From Malacoraja senta (taxonomy: Eukaryota), in contig CM075989.1 in assembly GCA_038087875.1 (NCBI GenBank), forward strand, positions 19,780,001-19,844,000: a DNA stretch of 64,000 bases, read 5' to 3'. Of the stretch, positions 38,210 through 49,792 are shown one piece after another. A program made the position numbers and the translations under genes. The notes below the pieces were generated by a model. That model had not been told where the DNA came from and ran no database searches. It was given only the letters and a program-made list of their open reading frames with translations. Position 1 is the first letter of the stretch. Each line of letters begins with the position of its first letter.

Positions 38210-39990
38210 AACACCTCCACCCACCCTGCCTCTTGCAAAGACGCCATCCCCTGCTCTCAATTTGCCCGTCCCTGCCACATCTGCTCCCAAGGAGAGGCTT
38301 TTCATTCTTGGACATCCGAGATGTCCTCATGCTTTAGTAAATGTGGTTTCTCCTCCCCTGCTGTCATAGACGAATCTCCGTCTCCTCTTTGTCCCGTAGT
38401 TCTGCTCTCACTCCTCCCCCCAGATGGAACTAGAATACACATCCCCTGGTCCTCACCCCACCAGCCTCCGCATCCAACACATCATTGTGTGGCGTGGGAG
38501 TGGCGGCGCCTACGGCAGCGGCTCAACTACAGTCGTCCGTCTTTTAAAAATTTTTTTGTCTTGTTAAATGTATGTCTTGAGTTTAGTTTTTATTATTTTT
38601 TAGCTGTGTATATGTGGGGGGTGGAGGGGGGGATGTTGGGGAAACCGTTAATCTCTTCCCTGTACGGGGACCCGACTTTTTCCCTGTCGGATCTCCGATG
38701 TCGTTGGGCCTAACATTGTGGAGCCGGCGGCGGCCTCCGGGCGGGACCAACCTGAGGGCTCCAGTCGCGGAGCCTGGGACCTGACATCACGGAGCTGGCC
38801 GGCTTCGGAGCGGGGAGAGCTGTGGTGGCGCTCGGCTGCGACCCGACTTTGGAGTTTCGGAAGCTCCGGCTGCGGGCCTGGTGGGGAGGAACATCGGGAG
38901 CTCCAGGTCCCGGGTGGGAGACGGCTTTTCGGAGATCCCACAACGGCAACTTCTCCCGTTGGAATCGCGAGGTTTGGAGGACACGGAGCGAGGCCTAACA
39001 TCGCCCGGCGCGGGTTGGCGGCCACGGTACTTACCATCGTCCGCCGGGGGCTCTAACATCGGAGCCCCAGTTCGCCTAGACGCTGCAGTTGGACTGCGGG
39101 TTGGACTGCTTGAACCGCGGGGTTTGAAGGACACGGAGCCGGGGCCTGGCATCGCCCGGCGTGGCTAAATGGCCACAGGACTTACCATCGTCCGCCGGGG
39201 GCTTTAACACTGGAGCCCCAGTTCGCCTAGACGCTGCAGTTGGACTGCTGGACCGCGGGTGAAGAATAAAGGGAAGAGATAAGACTTTGCCTTCCATCAC
39301 AGTGAGGAGGTGTTGGAGACTCACTGTGATGGATGTTTATGTAAATTGTGTTAAGTGTGGGTCTTGGGGTTTTTTGTAATGTAAAAAACCCTGTAATAAT
39401 GATATTTTGTTCAAGCCTAGGTTTGAATGACAATAAATAGCATTCTATTCTATTCTATTCTATCATTCTCCGACGTTTCCGCCACCTTCAACGTGATCCC
39501 ACCACCGGTCAGATCTTCCCATCCGCACCCCTTTCCACCTTCCGCAGAGACCGCTCCCACTGCAACTCCTTGGTTCACTCTTCCCTCCCTACCCAAACCA
39601 CCCCTCCCCAGGTACTTTCCCCTGCAACCGCAGGACATGCAACACCTGTCCCTATGCCCCTCCCTCACATCCATCCAGGGACCCCAGCTGTCCTTCCAGG
39701 TGAGACTGAGGTTTGCGTGCACCTCCTCTAACCTCATCGTCGATACCAAGCGTAGACTTGGCAACCACTTCACCAAACACTCGCGCTCGGTCTGCCAACA
39801 CCTACTGGATCTCCTGGTTGCTAACCATTTTAGCTCCTCTTCCCATTCTCATACTGACATTTCTGTCCTGGGCCTCCTCCATTATCAAAGTGAGGACATA
39901 CTCAAACTGGAGGAACATCATCTCATATTCCACTTGAGTAGCTTATAACTCAACAGTATGAACATTGAATTCTCCAGTTTCAGATAACTA
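38210..39990 (+). pseudogene. Decayed Penelope-like RT/GIY-YIG fragment split by 38487-39461 (again at about 45335-47115)
   Basis: HPASCKDAIPCSQF and SFQVRLRFACTSSNL...KLEEHHLIFHLSSL align to ORF 5799-6995 with frameshifts. Confidence 0.85.
38487..39461 (+). mobile_element. GC-rich non-autonomous retroposon with ~150-bp-period internal repeat (again at about 45610-46586)
   Basis: 6-bp TSD ATCATT; tail TTGAATGACAATAAA plus (ATTCT)n; repeat units near 38979 and 39129. Confidence 0.75.
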
Positions 39991-40890
39991 CCCATACCTC
40001 CCTCCTCCCCCGTACTTCTTCCCACCACCTTTCTTACCCCTCCCGACCTCTCTCCCTGAGAGGGGGAAATTTAACAGGAAATTCAGGGGCAATTTTTTCC
40101 ACTCAGAGGGTAGTCCACATCTAGGATGGTAGATTCAAACTATAGGATCTATACAATAGAAGGAAACTATAGAAGCAGAAGCAATTGTGGCTTTTGAAAT
40201 GTTTGGGCAGGTGTAGGATATGAAGGGTTTAGAGGCCTAGGGCCAAATGCAGGCAAATGTGACCAACTCAGTTTGCAGACTTGGACAAGATGGGCCGAGG
40301 GGCCAGTTCCGTGCTGTATAGTTCTCAAACCACCTCTGGAGCACCTGCACTGCATCCACCTATTGCTTGCCAGGATTTGTTCTGCCCCTCCTCTCTTCCA
40401 GTTTTCTCCTCCCGACACTATCAGTCTAAAGAAGGGTTCCGACCCGACACTTATCCATGTCATCCATGTTCTCCAGAGAAGCTGAAGAGAGACACAAAAT
40501 GCTGGAGTAATAATGGAGTCCCTGACTCTCAGTCGGAAGAAGGGTCTCGACCTGAAAAGTCACCTGTTCCTTTTCTCCGGAGATGCTGCCTGACCCGTTG
40601 AGTTACTCCAGCTCTCTGTGCCTTTCTCAGTACTAAAACAGATGAGGCGACTCTGAATGATTTTTTTTTTTTAAACAGCGCATAGAGAGGGGAGATTTGC
40701 CTCACACCCACACTCTAACCATAAAGAAGCAACATGCTAATACAGCAAGAGAGAAAGAGCAAGAAAAATATTTCTATTGTACCATTCATGACTTCAAAAT
40801 TCCAAAAGAACGTCAAAGTCAATGAAGCTATTTCTAAAGACCATTCTTCTTTGTTATGGAGGCAAAATGTATCTTTTGCTTGACGAACAA

Positions 40891-41184
40891 TGGGCGGCGC
40901 AGCGGTAGAGTTGCTGCCTTACAGCGTCAGAGACCCGGGTTCCATCCCGACTACGGGTGCTGTCTGTGCGGAGTTTGTACGTTCTCCCTGTAACCTGCGT
41001 GGGTTTTCTCCGAGATCTTCGGTTTCCTCCCACACTCCAAAGACGTGCAGGTTTGTAGGCTTGGTATAAATGTAAATTGTCCCTAGTGCGTGTAGGATAA
41101 TGTTAATGTGCAGGGATCGCTGGTCGGTGCAGACTCGGTGGGCCGAAGGGCCTGTTTCCACGCTGTTTATCACTAAACTAAACA
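40891..41184 (+). mobile_element. HE1-type SINE (again at about 50880-51172)
   Basis: Head, body, tail. Confidence 0.85.
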
Positions 41185-41336
41185 ACACAATCCCATAAGC
41201 AGCTATGATAAATGCCCTTGTAATCTGTGTATTGGTGGGTTTGGTTGTGAGATAAATACGAGCTCGAGTACCATGACAACAGTCTTGTTCTGGGGATTTT
41301 TTGTGTCAAGTTGAATCAATAAAGGAGGCCTGTGAC

Positions 41337-41428
41337 TAGGGTTGCCAACTGTCCCGTGTTAGCCGGGACATCCCGTATATTTCGCTAAATTGGTTTGTCC
41401 CACACAGGACCGCCCTTGTCCCGTATTT
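41337..41428 (+). mobile_element. hAT-like DNA transposon terminal fragment (again at 51325-51416)
   Basis: TAGGGTTGCCA terminus with subterminal GTCCCG/CGGGAC motifs; no partner end seen. Confidence 0.55.
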
Positions 41429-41440
41429 AACTGCTACTAG

Positions 41441-41540
41441 CAGCTTCTCCTCAACTTTCGGTAGGGTTACGTTCCGATAAACCCCTTTGTAAATCGAAAA
41501 TATCGTAAGTCGAAAATACATTTAATACACCGAACCTGCC
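41441..41540 (+). mobile_element. Tigger/pogo-like terminal fragment (again at 51429-51528)
   Basis: GGGTTACGTTCCGATAAACCC...GAAAATATCGTAAGTCGAAAATACATTTAATACACC resembles the MER47/Tigger5 end as recalled. Confidence 0.55.
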
Positions 41541-41809
41541 ATCACCAGAATGTTCAGGGTTGGACCGACAGGCGCTTGTGGGTTTTCATTCTCCGGGTTA
41601 GTTCCCCCCCCCCACTTCTCCCTCTCTCTCCTCTTCAGTCCTCTGCCTCTGGGAGTGTTTTTAATTTCCACGTTTTAATTATGAAATCTCTTTGGCGTCT
41701 CTGAACGTACGTTCAGTCTAAAGAAGGGTCTCGATTCCATTCCTTCTCTCCAGAGATGCTGCCTGTCCCGCTGAGTTACTGAGTTACTCCAGCCTTTCGT
41801 GTCTATCAT

Positions 41810-42130
41810 TGTGTGCAAACGTTGCTTGTCCAAGGCCAACAGCATTATAAAAGACCCCACACGTCTCCATCATGGACTGTTCACTCTGCTGCCCTCGGGC
41901 AAAAGGTATCGCAGTATAAGGAGCAGAACGGCCAGGTTTTGCAACAGCTTCTTCCCCCGAGCCATCAGACTCTTGAATTCCATCTAATGTGCCGCTACTA
42001 GTATCTATTTTATCCTTTTATCTATTTTATCCTTTTGTTATTTTATGTTGCACGGTGAGACAGATGCAATGAAATTTCGTTCAGACTTGCATTTATTGGT
42101 GTATTTTTGAATGACAATAAAGTCTTTGAT
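41810..42130 (+). mobile_element. Rex1/Babar 3' fragment (again at about 51800-52120)
   Basis: IIKDPTRLHHGLFTLLPSGKRYRSIRSRTARFCNSFFPRAIRLLN; (TTGA)n tail. Confidence 0.8.
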
Positions 42131-42270
42131 TGATTAAACCAGCATCTGCAGTTCCTTCCGATACAGTTAAGGAATAAGTTCTGTAGTTTTGGTTGAAAAC
42201 AAAAAGGCAAAAACTGAGTGTACAGCCCTGATTCTGCTTTTGAGGACTTTACTGTGGACTCATTTTGGGG

Positions 42271-42470
42271 NNNNNNNNNNNNNNNNNNNNNNNNNNNNNN
42301 NNNNNNNNNNNNNNNNNNNNNNNNNNNNNNNNNNNNNNNNNNNNNNNNNNNNNNNNNNNNNNNNNNNNNNNNNNNNNNNNNNNNNNNNNNNNNNNNNNNN
42401 NNNNNNNNNNNNNNNNNNNNNNNNNNNNNNNNNNNNNNNNNNNNNNNNNNNNNNNNNNNNNNNNNNNNNN
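42271..42470. other. Assembly gap (200 N)
   Basis: Run of exactly 200 n. Confidence 1.
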
Positions 42471-45400
42471 GTGGGAAGTGATTTTCAAGCTAGTCTTTTA
42501 GAATCAGGTTTATTACTGTCATGTGTACTGGACTACAGTGTGTTGCATGCCATCCCATCAGATCGGATAATACTATATATAAATATAATCAAGTCAAACT
42601 CAAGTGCAACAGGTCGAGCAAAGGGGCAGATACAGAGTGCAGAGTATAGTTCTCAGCATTGTGAGCCAACAGTTCCAGAGACAAAGTCCAATGTCCGCAA
42701 TGGGGTAAAGCTAATTCGGACACTGCCCAAGCTTATGAAAGGACCGTTCAGAAGATTGATAACAGAGGGGGGTCTGGTGGTGCGCGCTTTCAAGCTTCTG
42801 TACCTTTTGAGCGATGGTAGTTGGGAGCAGAGAGAATGGCCGGGATTGGACATGCCTTTGATCTTGTTGGCTGCTTTTCTGCTGTAAGTGAAAATGGAGT
42901 CGATGATGGGAATGTGGCGCCACCTGGAGGTTAGGCCGCTTACTGGGCGAACCCTCGGCCCTAGGACTGGCAGGGTCTCGTCACATGGCTTGGGGTGTGC
43001 CCTGATATATATGTAGAACTCTGGGAGAACCCTCCCCAGTCGTGTGTGAGCTGTTCGCTGTTTAACACAATAAAGATCACTTTGTTTCACAACACGTGTC
43101 TCGCTATAGGAAATCTGATGTGTGTGATGGGCTGGGGTACATCTACAACTCTTGGGCACAGCTGCTTCCAAATGAAACTGCGATACAACCCACCATGCTT
43201 GCAATCGTGCATCTGTGGGAGTTTGTAATGCAGAAGTTTATCTGTAGAGATTGGAGTTGTGCCAAGTTTCATCAGTCTCCTGAGTAGAGGCATTGGTGTG
43301 CCTTCTTGGCTGTAGCATCAGTGCGGTTGGTCCAAGACAAATCATTGGTACTATTCCCGCCAAGGAACCTGGAGGTTCATGTTCATAAGTTCTTGGAGCA
43401 GAATTAGGCCGTTTGGCCCATCAAGTCTACACCATTCAATCACGGCTGATTCATGTTTTATAAGGTCATAAGGAACAGGAGTACAATTAGGCCATTCGGC
43501 CCTTCAGGTGCATTCCGCCATTCAATCATGGCTGATCTATCCCTCCTAACCCAATTCTCTCGCCTTCCTATAATCCCTAACACCCTTACTCATTAAAATT
43601 TTCTGTCAATCTCCGCCTTAAAAATATCCATTGACTTGGCCTCCGCAGCCATCTGTGGCAATGAATTCCACAGATTCACCACCATGGTCTCCACCTTTTG
43701 GATTGTGAGGTCAGAGCAATGGGTGGCAATCCTGCAGCAGCTCCTGGTGCGAGAGTGATACTCCATGCCGCGTTTTGCTGCAAGCCAAGAGTCTTCCTGT
43801 CAGCTACTTGTGTACATATTCGTAACTCTTGTTCATAGATTGGGGGGGAAGGGGGAAGCAATACCAAGGACTTGGCCTTAAGGCATGTTATTCCTTTCAT
43901 ACATTACCATTTCATAATAAGGCAGCTTGAGGTGTGTTGCAGGAATTTAAATGTGACCACTTTTCAGGCAGTTGAAAAATATGTAACAGACCAACATGCG
44001 AACACATGTCTTGAACGTGTCTAATGATTGTTGAAGCCAAGCTGCTCATGCCGCCACCACCCTCTCCGTCTCACAGCCCAGAGGCAACAATATTTTGAAC
44101 AGTTAGAGAGATGTACCATCCAAATTCTTGCATGTGTTTCTTCGCTAATTGCAGTGCTGTCACCGCTCACCTCGTTCAGGCAAGAAAGGCTTGCTGTTCC
44201 CCTCCTCTCGACTAGAGTGCAATTATCAGCAGAAGAAATGATGCAAGCTTGCACTTGTAGTGTCGGGAATGTTCATGATGCAGGCTCGGAGGCCTCCGAG
44301 ACTCCAGTACATATCCAGGCTGGTTAGCAGATCAAGCCTGTGTCCCTGGCAAAACATAAAGCGCTGGAAGAACTCGGCGGGTCAGGCAGCATCTGTGGAG
44401 GGAATGGATAGACAATGTTTCATCGGCTGGGGCCCACCTTCAGATTGATTGGAGTATGGGGGGTGGGGGGTGGGGAGAGTTTTGGAAAAGATAGGCGGGG
44501 GGGGGGGGGGGGGGTGGCACCCGCAGGAAACCCGCGCGGACACAAGGAGAACGAGAACTAATGAGATTTAATGCCTCACAGTGCCAGGGACCCAGGTTCA
44601 ATCTGCACTCTGAGTGGAGTTCACACGTTCTTCCTGCGACTGCGTGGGTTTCCTCCGGGTTCTCCGGTTTCCTCCCACATCCCAAAGACGTGCGGGTTTG
44701 TGGGTTAATTGCCCTCTGTAAATTGTGTAGGGAGTGGATGAGAAAGTGGGATAACATAGAACTGGAGTGGACTCGAACAAAACTGATGCCCGTCTGACAT
44801 GAGCACGATCTACATCAGGGGGTGTGGACACAGTGGGACATTGTAGTCACTGAGTTTCACTCCTGTATTGACGTTTAATGACATGACACGGAAATAAACA
44901 GGACATGATTTAATTGCTCACTGCATGACTTAAACAGCAACTCTTTTCAAACGACCATGGTAAATGTTCCCTTCCCAAGCCTCATGAGTTTACTTTGCAC
45001 GCAGTCCTACACGAACTGGTAAATCACTGAACCATCAAGAAAATGTTTAATTTGAGCTCTGGAGACAGAGCTGGCTTTAAGCCAGCGCCAGAGCAACAAT
45101 AAAACTCTGTAAGCAGACCGCAAGTCAGCTGCTCTCCAGCGACGTTATAGATCACATATAGCAATGATCAGTTTGAAGCAGGGTCTCGACCCGAAATGTC
45201 ACCCATTTCCTTCTCTCCAGAGATGCTGCCTGTCCCGCTGAGTTACTCCAGCATTTTATGTCCTTCACAATCTCTGTGCTCTGTGGAAACCAACTATGAT
45301 TTTTTTTAAATCGGTTTCGTTTTCATTTTCATAACACCTCCACCCACCCTGCCTCTTGCAAAGACGCCATCCCCTGCTCTCAATTTGCCCGTCCCTGCCA

Positions 45401-47274
45401 CATCTGCTCCCAAGGAGAGGCTTTTCATTCTTGGACATCCGAGATGTCCTCATGCTTTAGTAAATGTGGTTTCTCCTCCCCTGCTGTCATAGACGAATCT
45501 CCGTCTCCTCTTTGTCCCGTAGTTCTGCTCTCACTCCTCCCCCCAGATGGAACTAGAATACACATCCCCTGGTCCTCACCCCACCAGCCTCCGCATCCAA
45601 CACATCATTGTGTGGCGTGGGAGTGGCGGCGCCTAACGGCAGCGGCTCAACTACAGTCGTCCGTCTTTTAAAAATTTTTTTGTCTTGTTAAATGTATGTC
45701 TTGAGTTTAGTTTTTATTATTTTTTAGCTGTGTATATGTGGGGGGTGGAGGGGGGGATGTTGGGGAAACCGTTAATCTCTTCCCTGTACGGGGACACGAC
45801 TTTTTCCCTGTCGGATCTCCGATGTCGTTGGGCCTAACATTGTGGAGCCGGCGGCGGCCTCCGGGCGGGACCAACCTGAGGGCTCCAGTCGCGGAGCCTG
45901 GGACCTGACATCACGGAGCTGGCCGGCTTCGGAGCGGGGAGAGCTGTGGTGGCGCTCGGCTGCGACCCGACTTTGGAGTTTCGGAAGCTCCGGCTGCGGG
46001 CCCGGTGGGGAGGAACATCGGGAGCTCCAGGTCCCGGGTGGGAGACGGCTTTTCGGAGATCCCACAACGGCAACTTCTCCCGTTGGAATCGCGAGGTTTG
46101 GAGGACACGGAGCGAGGCCTAACATCGCCCGGCGCGGGTTGGCGGCCACGGTACTTACCATCGTCCACCGGGGGCTCTAACATCGGAGCCCCAGTTCGCC
46201 TAGACGCTGCAGTTGGACTGCGGGTTGGACTGCTTGAACCGCGGGGTTTGAAGGACACGGAGCCGGGGCCTGGCATCGCCCGGCGTGGCTAAATGGCCAC
46301 ATGACTTACCATCGTCCGCCGGGGGCTTTAACACTGGAGCCCCAGTTCGCCTAGACGCTGCAGTTGGACTGCTGGACCACGGGTGAAGAATAAAGGGAAG
46401 AGATAAGACTTTGCCTTCCATCACAGTGAGGAGGTGTTGGAGACTCACTGTGATGGATGTTTATGTAAATTGTGTTAAGTGTGGGTCTTGGGGTTTTTTG
46501 TAATGTAAAAAACCCTGTAATAATGATATTTTGTTCAAGCCTAGGTTTGAATGACAATAAATAGCATTCTATTCTATTCTATTCTATCATTCTCCGACGT
46601 TTCCGCCACCTTCAACGTGATCCCACCACCGGTCAGATCTTCCCATCCGCACCCCTTTCCACCTTCCGCAGAGACCGCTCCCACTGCAACTCCTTGGTTC
46701 ACTCTTCCCTCCCTACCCAAACCACCCCCTCCCCAGGTACTTTCCCCTGCAACCGCAGGACATGCAACACCTGTCCCTATGCCCCTCCCTCACATCCATC
46801 CAGGGACCCCAGCTGTCCTTCCAGGTGAGACTGAGGTTTGCGTGCACCTCCTCTAACCTCATCGTCGATACCAAGCGTAGACTTGGCAACCACTTCACCA
46901 AACACTCGCGCTCGGTCTGCCAACACCTACTGGATCTCCTGGTTGCTAACCATTTTAGCTCCTCTTCCCATTCTCATACTGACATTTCTGTCCTGGGCCT
47001 CCTCCATTATCAAAGTGAGGACATACTCAAACTGGAGGAACATCATCTCATATTCCACTTGAGTAGCTTATAACTCAACAGTATGAACATTGAATTCTCC
47101 AGTTTCAGATAACTACCCATACCTCCCTCCTCCCCCGTACTTCTTCCCACCACCTTTCTTACCCCTCCCGACCTCTCTCCCCTGAGAGGGCGAAATTTAA
47201 GAGGAAATTCAGGGGCAATTTTTTCCACTCAGAGGGTAGTCCACATCTAGGATGGTAGATTCAAACTATAGGAT

Positions 47275-49792
47275 TTTTTTAAATTTTTTTTTATTTTTTT
47301 TATTATTTTTATTAGAAGTACGGTAAATTACAGTAATACACAACACTTATATCTTAATACATTTTTTATACCGCTTCATTTTTTTGAGCTTTAAGAGAAA
47401 GATAGAAGTAAGAAAAGTAAAGAAAGTGTGCAAGAGTCGTGAGGTGCAAGAGAGTGTTGTGAAAAGAAAGCCCCTTAGAAAAGAAGTTAGAGAAGGAAGT
47501 AAAGTAAGAAAGTAGATCCTAGAAAAGAAAGAAAAAGAAAGTAGGAACAATCGCAGAAAGGGAACCACCGACCAAGTCTGTTTTTATTGTTTTACCTCCC
47601 ATTACCAGGTCCTGATACCATTTCTTTATTTATTTTTTAAATTACTATTGCACCTCATGCTTGTAATAGGTCCAAAAACGTAGACCACGTCTTTTGGAAT
47701 TGGTCTGCTTTCCCTGCTAAGAGGAATCTCATCTCTTCCAGATGTAATGTTTCCAACATATTTGATGTCCACATTTTTATTGTTGGTGTGGGCGCATTTT
47801 TCCAGAATTTAAGTATGAGCCTTTTTCCCATTATTAGCCCGTAATTGAATAAGTTCTTCTGATACACGTTTAATTCAGGGATACCTTCCGATATTCCAAA
47901 AATGATCCATTCTGGTTTTGGTACCAGTTTTATTTTAATTAATTTTGAGAAAATATCAAATATTTCATACCAAAAATTTTGGATTTTTGTACAAAAAACA
48001 AAAGAATGCGCTATGGTAGCTTCTTGACATAGACATTTATCACAGATTGGTGAAACATTAGGAAAGATTTTATTTAATTTAGTTTTTGAATAATATAGTC
48101 TATGTAATGTTTTGAATTGGATGAGCGTATGTCGTACGTTGATCGAACATTTATGCACCTGTAGTAAGTGGTTATCCCAGCTCTCTTTTGAAATTTTTAT
48201 AGCTAATTCTTGTTCCCAGTCTCTTCTAATTCCTTCTGTTGTGGGTATTTCTATGTTTAAAATGATATTATATAAGTACGATATTAGATTAGCTGATTCC
48301 GCCTTTGTCTTCATTGCTTCATCTAGTAAGTCGGAAGGCATATTATGATAGTCTTTTGTGTATTTTTTCAGGTAATCACGAATTTGTAGATATTTAAAAT
48401 ATTGATTATTTTTCAGATTATATTTCAGTTGTAGTTGTTGAAATGATAGTAATTTTCCCAATTCATACAGATCTTCGAGCGTTTTGATTCCCATTCTTTC
48501 CCATTGTATAAATGATTTGTCTATGGTTGAAGGTTTAAACGATGGGTTATTAACTATTGGTATTGAGAGAGATAGGTTTCTTAATTTTAGATTCTGTTTT
48601 ATTTGTTTCCATGTTCTAATTGTGCTATTTATAATTGGGTTTTTATTATAATTTTTATTATTCAAATTTATTGGAGAGAGAATAATCGCTCCTATATTAC
48701 TCGGGGAACAGTCCCCTTTTCCCATTATAATCCAGTCCACCTGCTGGGCAGAATTGTCCAGCAGGTGAATCATATTTTTAATATTTACTGCCCATTTATA
48801 ATACATAAAGTTAGGGAGCGCGAGACCCCCCAACTCTTTTCGTTTATTACGGTGTGCTCTTTGTATTCTATGGGATTTATAATCCCATATAAAATTTGTA
48901 ATGTCTGAGTCCAATTTTTTGAAAAACTTTTTTGGGAGATATATAGGTATTGATTGAAATAGGTATAGGATTTGTGGTAAGAAAATCATTTTTATAGCAT
49001 TTATTCTGCCTATTAAGGACATCGGAAGTGTTTTCCAGAATTTAATCATATTATTTAGTTTCTTAAGTAAGGGATTATAATTGGCTTTAAACATATCCTG
49101 GTAATTTCTAGTAATTTCAATTCCCAAATATTTGAATTTTTCTGTAGCTATTTTAAAGGGGAATTTCCTGAGGTGTGTTGAGTCTTTTGGTTTTATCGAC
49201 ATAATTTCACTTTTGTTCCAGTTTATTCTATATCCTAAAAAGGATCCAAAGTCCTCAATTAAATTTAATATATTTGGTATACTAATTTGTGGTTTTGTGA
49301 TGTACAATAGTACGTCATCGGCATATAAGGATATTTTGTTATTTGAATATTTTGTATTATAACCGTAAATATCCATGTGTGTTCTTATTTTTTCAGCAAG
49401 GGGTTCAATTACTAAAGCAAATAACAGCGGTGATAATGAACATCCTTGTCTATTGCCCCTTGATAGTTCAAATTTCGAGGATAATATATTATTAGTTAGT
49501 ATTCTAGCCGTAGGTTTGTTATATAATAGTTTTATCCATGCAATGAAGTTCTCTCCCAATTGGAATTTTTGCAATACTTTAATCATATAGTCCCATTCTA
49601 CTTGATCAAATGCTTTTTCTGCGTCCAATGAGATGATAGATAGCTCTTGGTCCTGAGATTTATGCGAGTGCATTATGTTAAGCAAACGTCTCAAATTATT
49701 AAATGAATGTCTCTTAGGTATAAATCCTGTTTGATCCTCATTTATTAGTCTACTAACATACCTGCTTAGTCTACTGGCTAAGGTTTTCGCTA
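47275..49792 (-). mobile_element. 5'-truncated L1-clade LINE, young
   Basis: A-rich tail (T-run on plus from 47275), 3' UTR, uninterrupted ORF2; absent from copy A. Confidence 0.95.
47655..49790 (-). CDS. L1 ORF2 fragment: RT plus C-terminal CCHC; frame open to the truncation point, no true start
   Basis: DQTGFIPKR, SLDAEKAFD, GNRQGCSLSPLLF, YADD, CDKCLCQEATIAHSFVFC. Confidence 0.92.
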   Translation of the reverse strand, partial: AKTLASRLSRYVSRLINEDQTGFIPKRHSFNNLRRLLNIMHSHKSQDQELSIISLDAEKAFDQVEWDYMIKVLQKFQLGENFIAWIKLLYNKPTARILTNNILSSKFELSRGNRQGCSLSPLLFALVIEPLAEKIRTHMDIYGYNTKYSNNKISLYADDVLLYITKPQISIPNILNLIEDFGSFLGYRINWNKSEIMSIKPKDSTHLRKFPFKIATEKFKYLGIEITRNYQDMFKANYNPLLKKLNNMIKFWKTLPMSLIGRINAIKMIFLPQILYLFQSIPIYLPKKFFKKLDSDITNFIWDYKSHRIQRAHRNKRKELGGLALPNFMYYKWAVNIKNMIHLLDNSAQQVDWIIMGKGDCSPSNIGAIILSPINLNNKNYNKNPIINSTIRTWKQIKQNLKLRNLSLSIPIVNNPSFKPSTIDKSFIQWERMGIKTLEDLYELGKLLSFQQLQLKYNLKNNQYFKYLQIRDYLKKYTKDYHNMPSDLLDEAMKTKAESANLISYLYNIILNIEIPTTEGIRRDWEQELAIKISKESWDNHLLQVHKCSINVRHTLIQFKTLHRLYYSKTKLNKIFPNVSPICDKCLCQEATIAHSFVFCTKIQNFWYEIFDIFSKLIKIKLVPKPEWIIFGISEGIPELNVYQKNLFNYGLIMGKRLILKFWKNAPTPTIKMWTSNMLETLHLEEMRFLLAGKADQFQKTWSTFLDLLQA

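Larger units (their letters stand above)
35345..42270 (+). repeat. Copy A of gap-flanking ~6.9-kb duplication (no L1)
   Basis: Begins GTGGGAAGTGATTTTC as does 42471; ends CATTTTGGGG as does 52259. Confidence 0.97.

Noticed and set aside
38648..39324. Overlapping 80-130 aa ORFs on both strands
   Set aside because: Expected from the high GC content of a non-coding retroposon; no domain motifs.
42189..42887. ORFs crossing the N-run
   Set aside because: They are open only because N codons are not stops.
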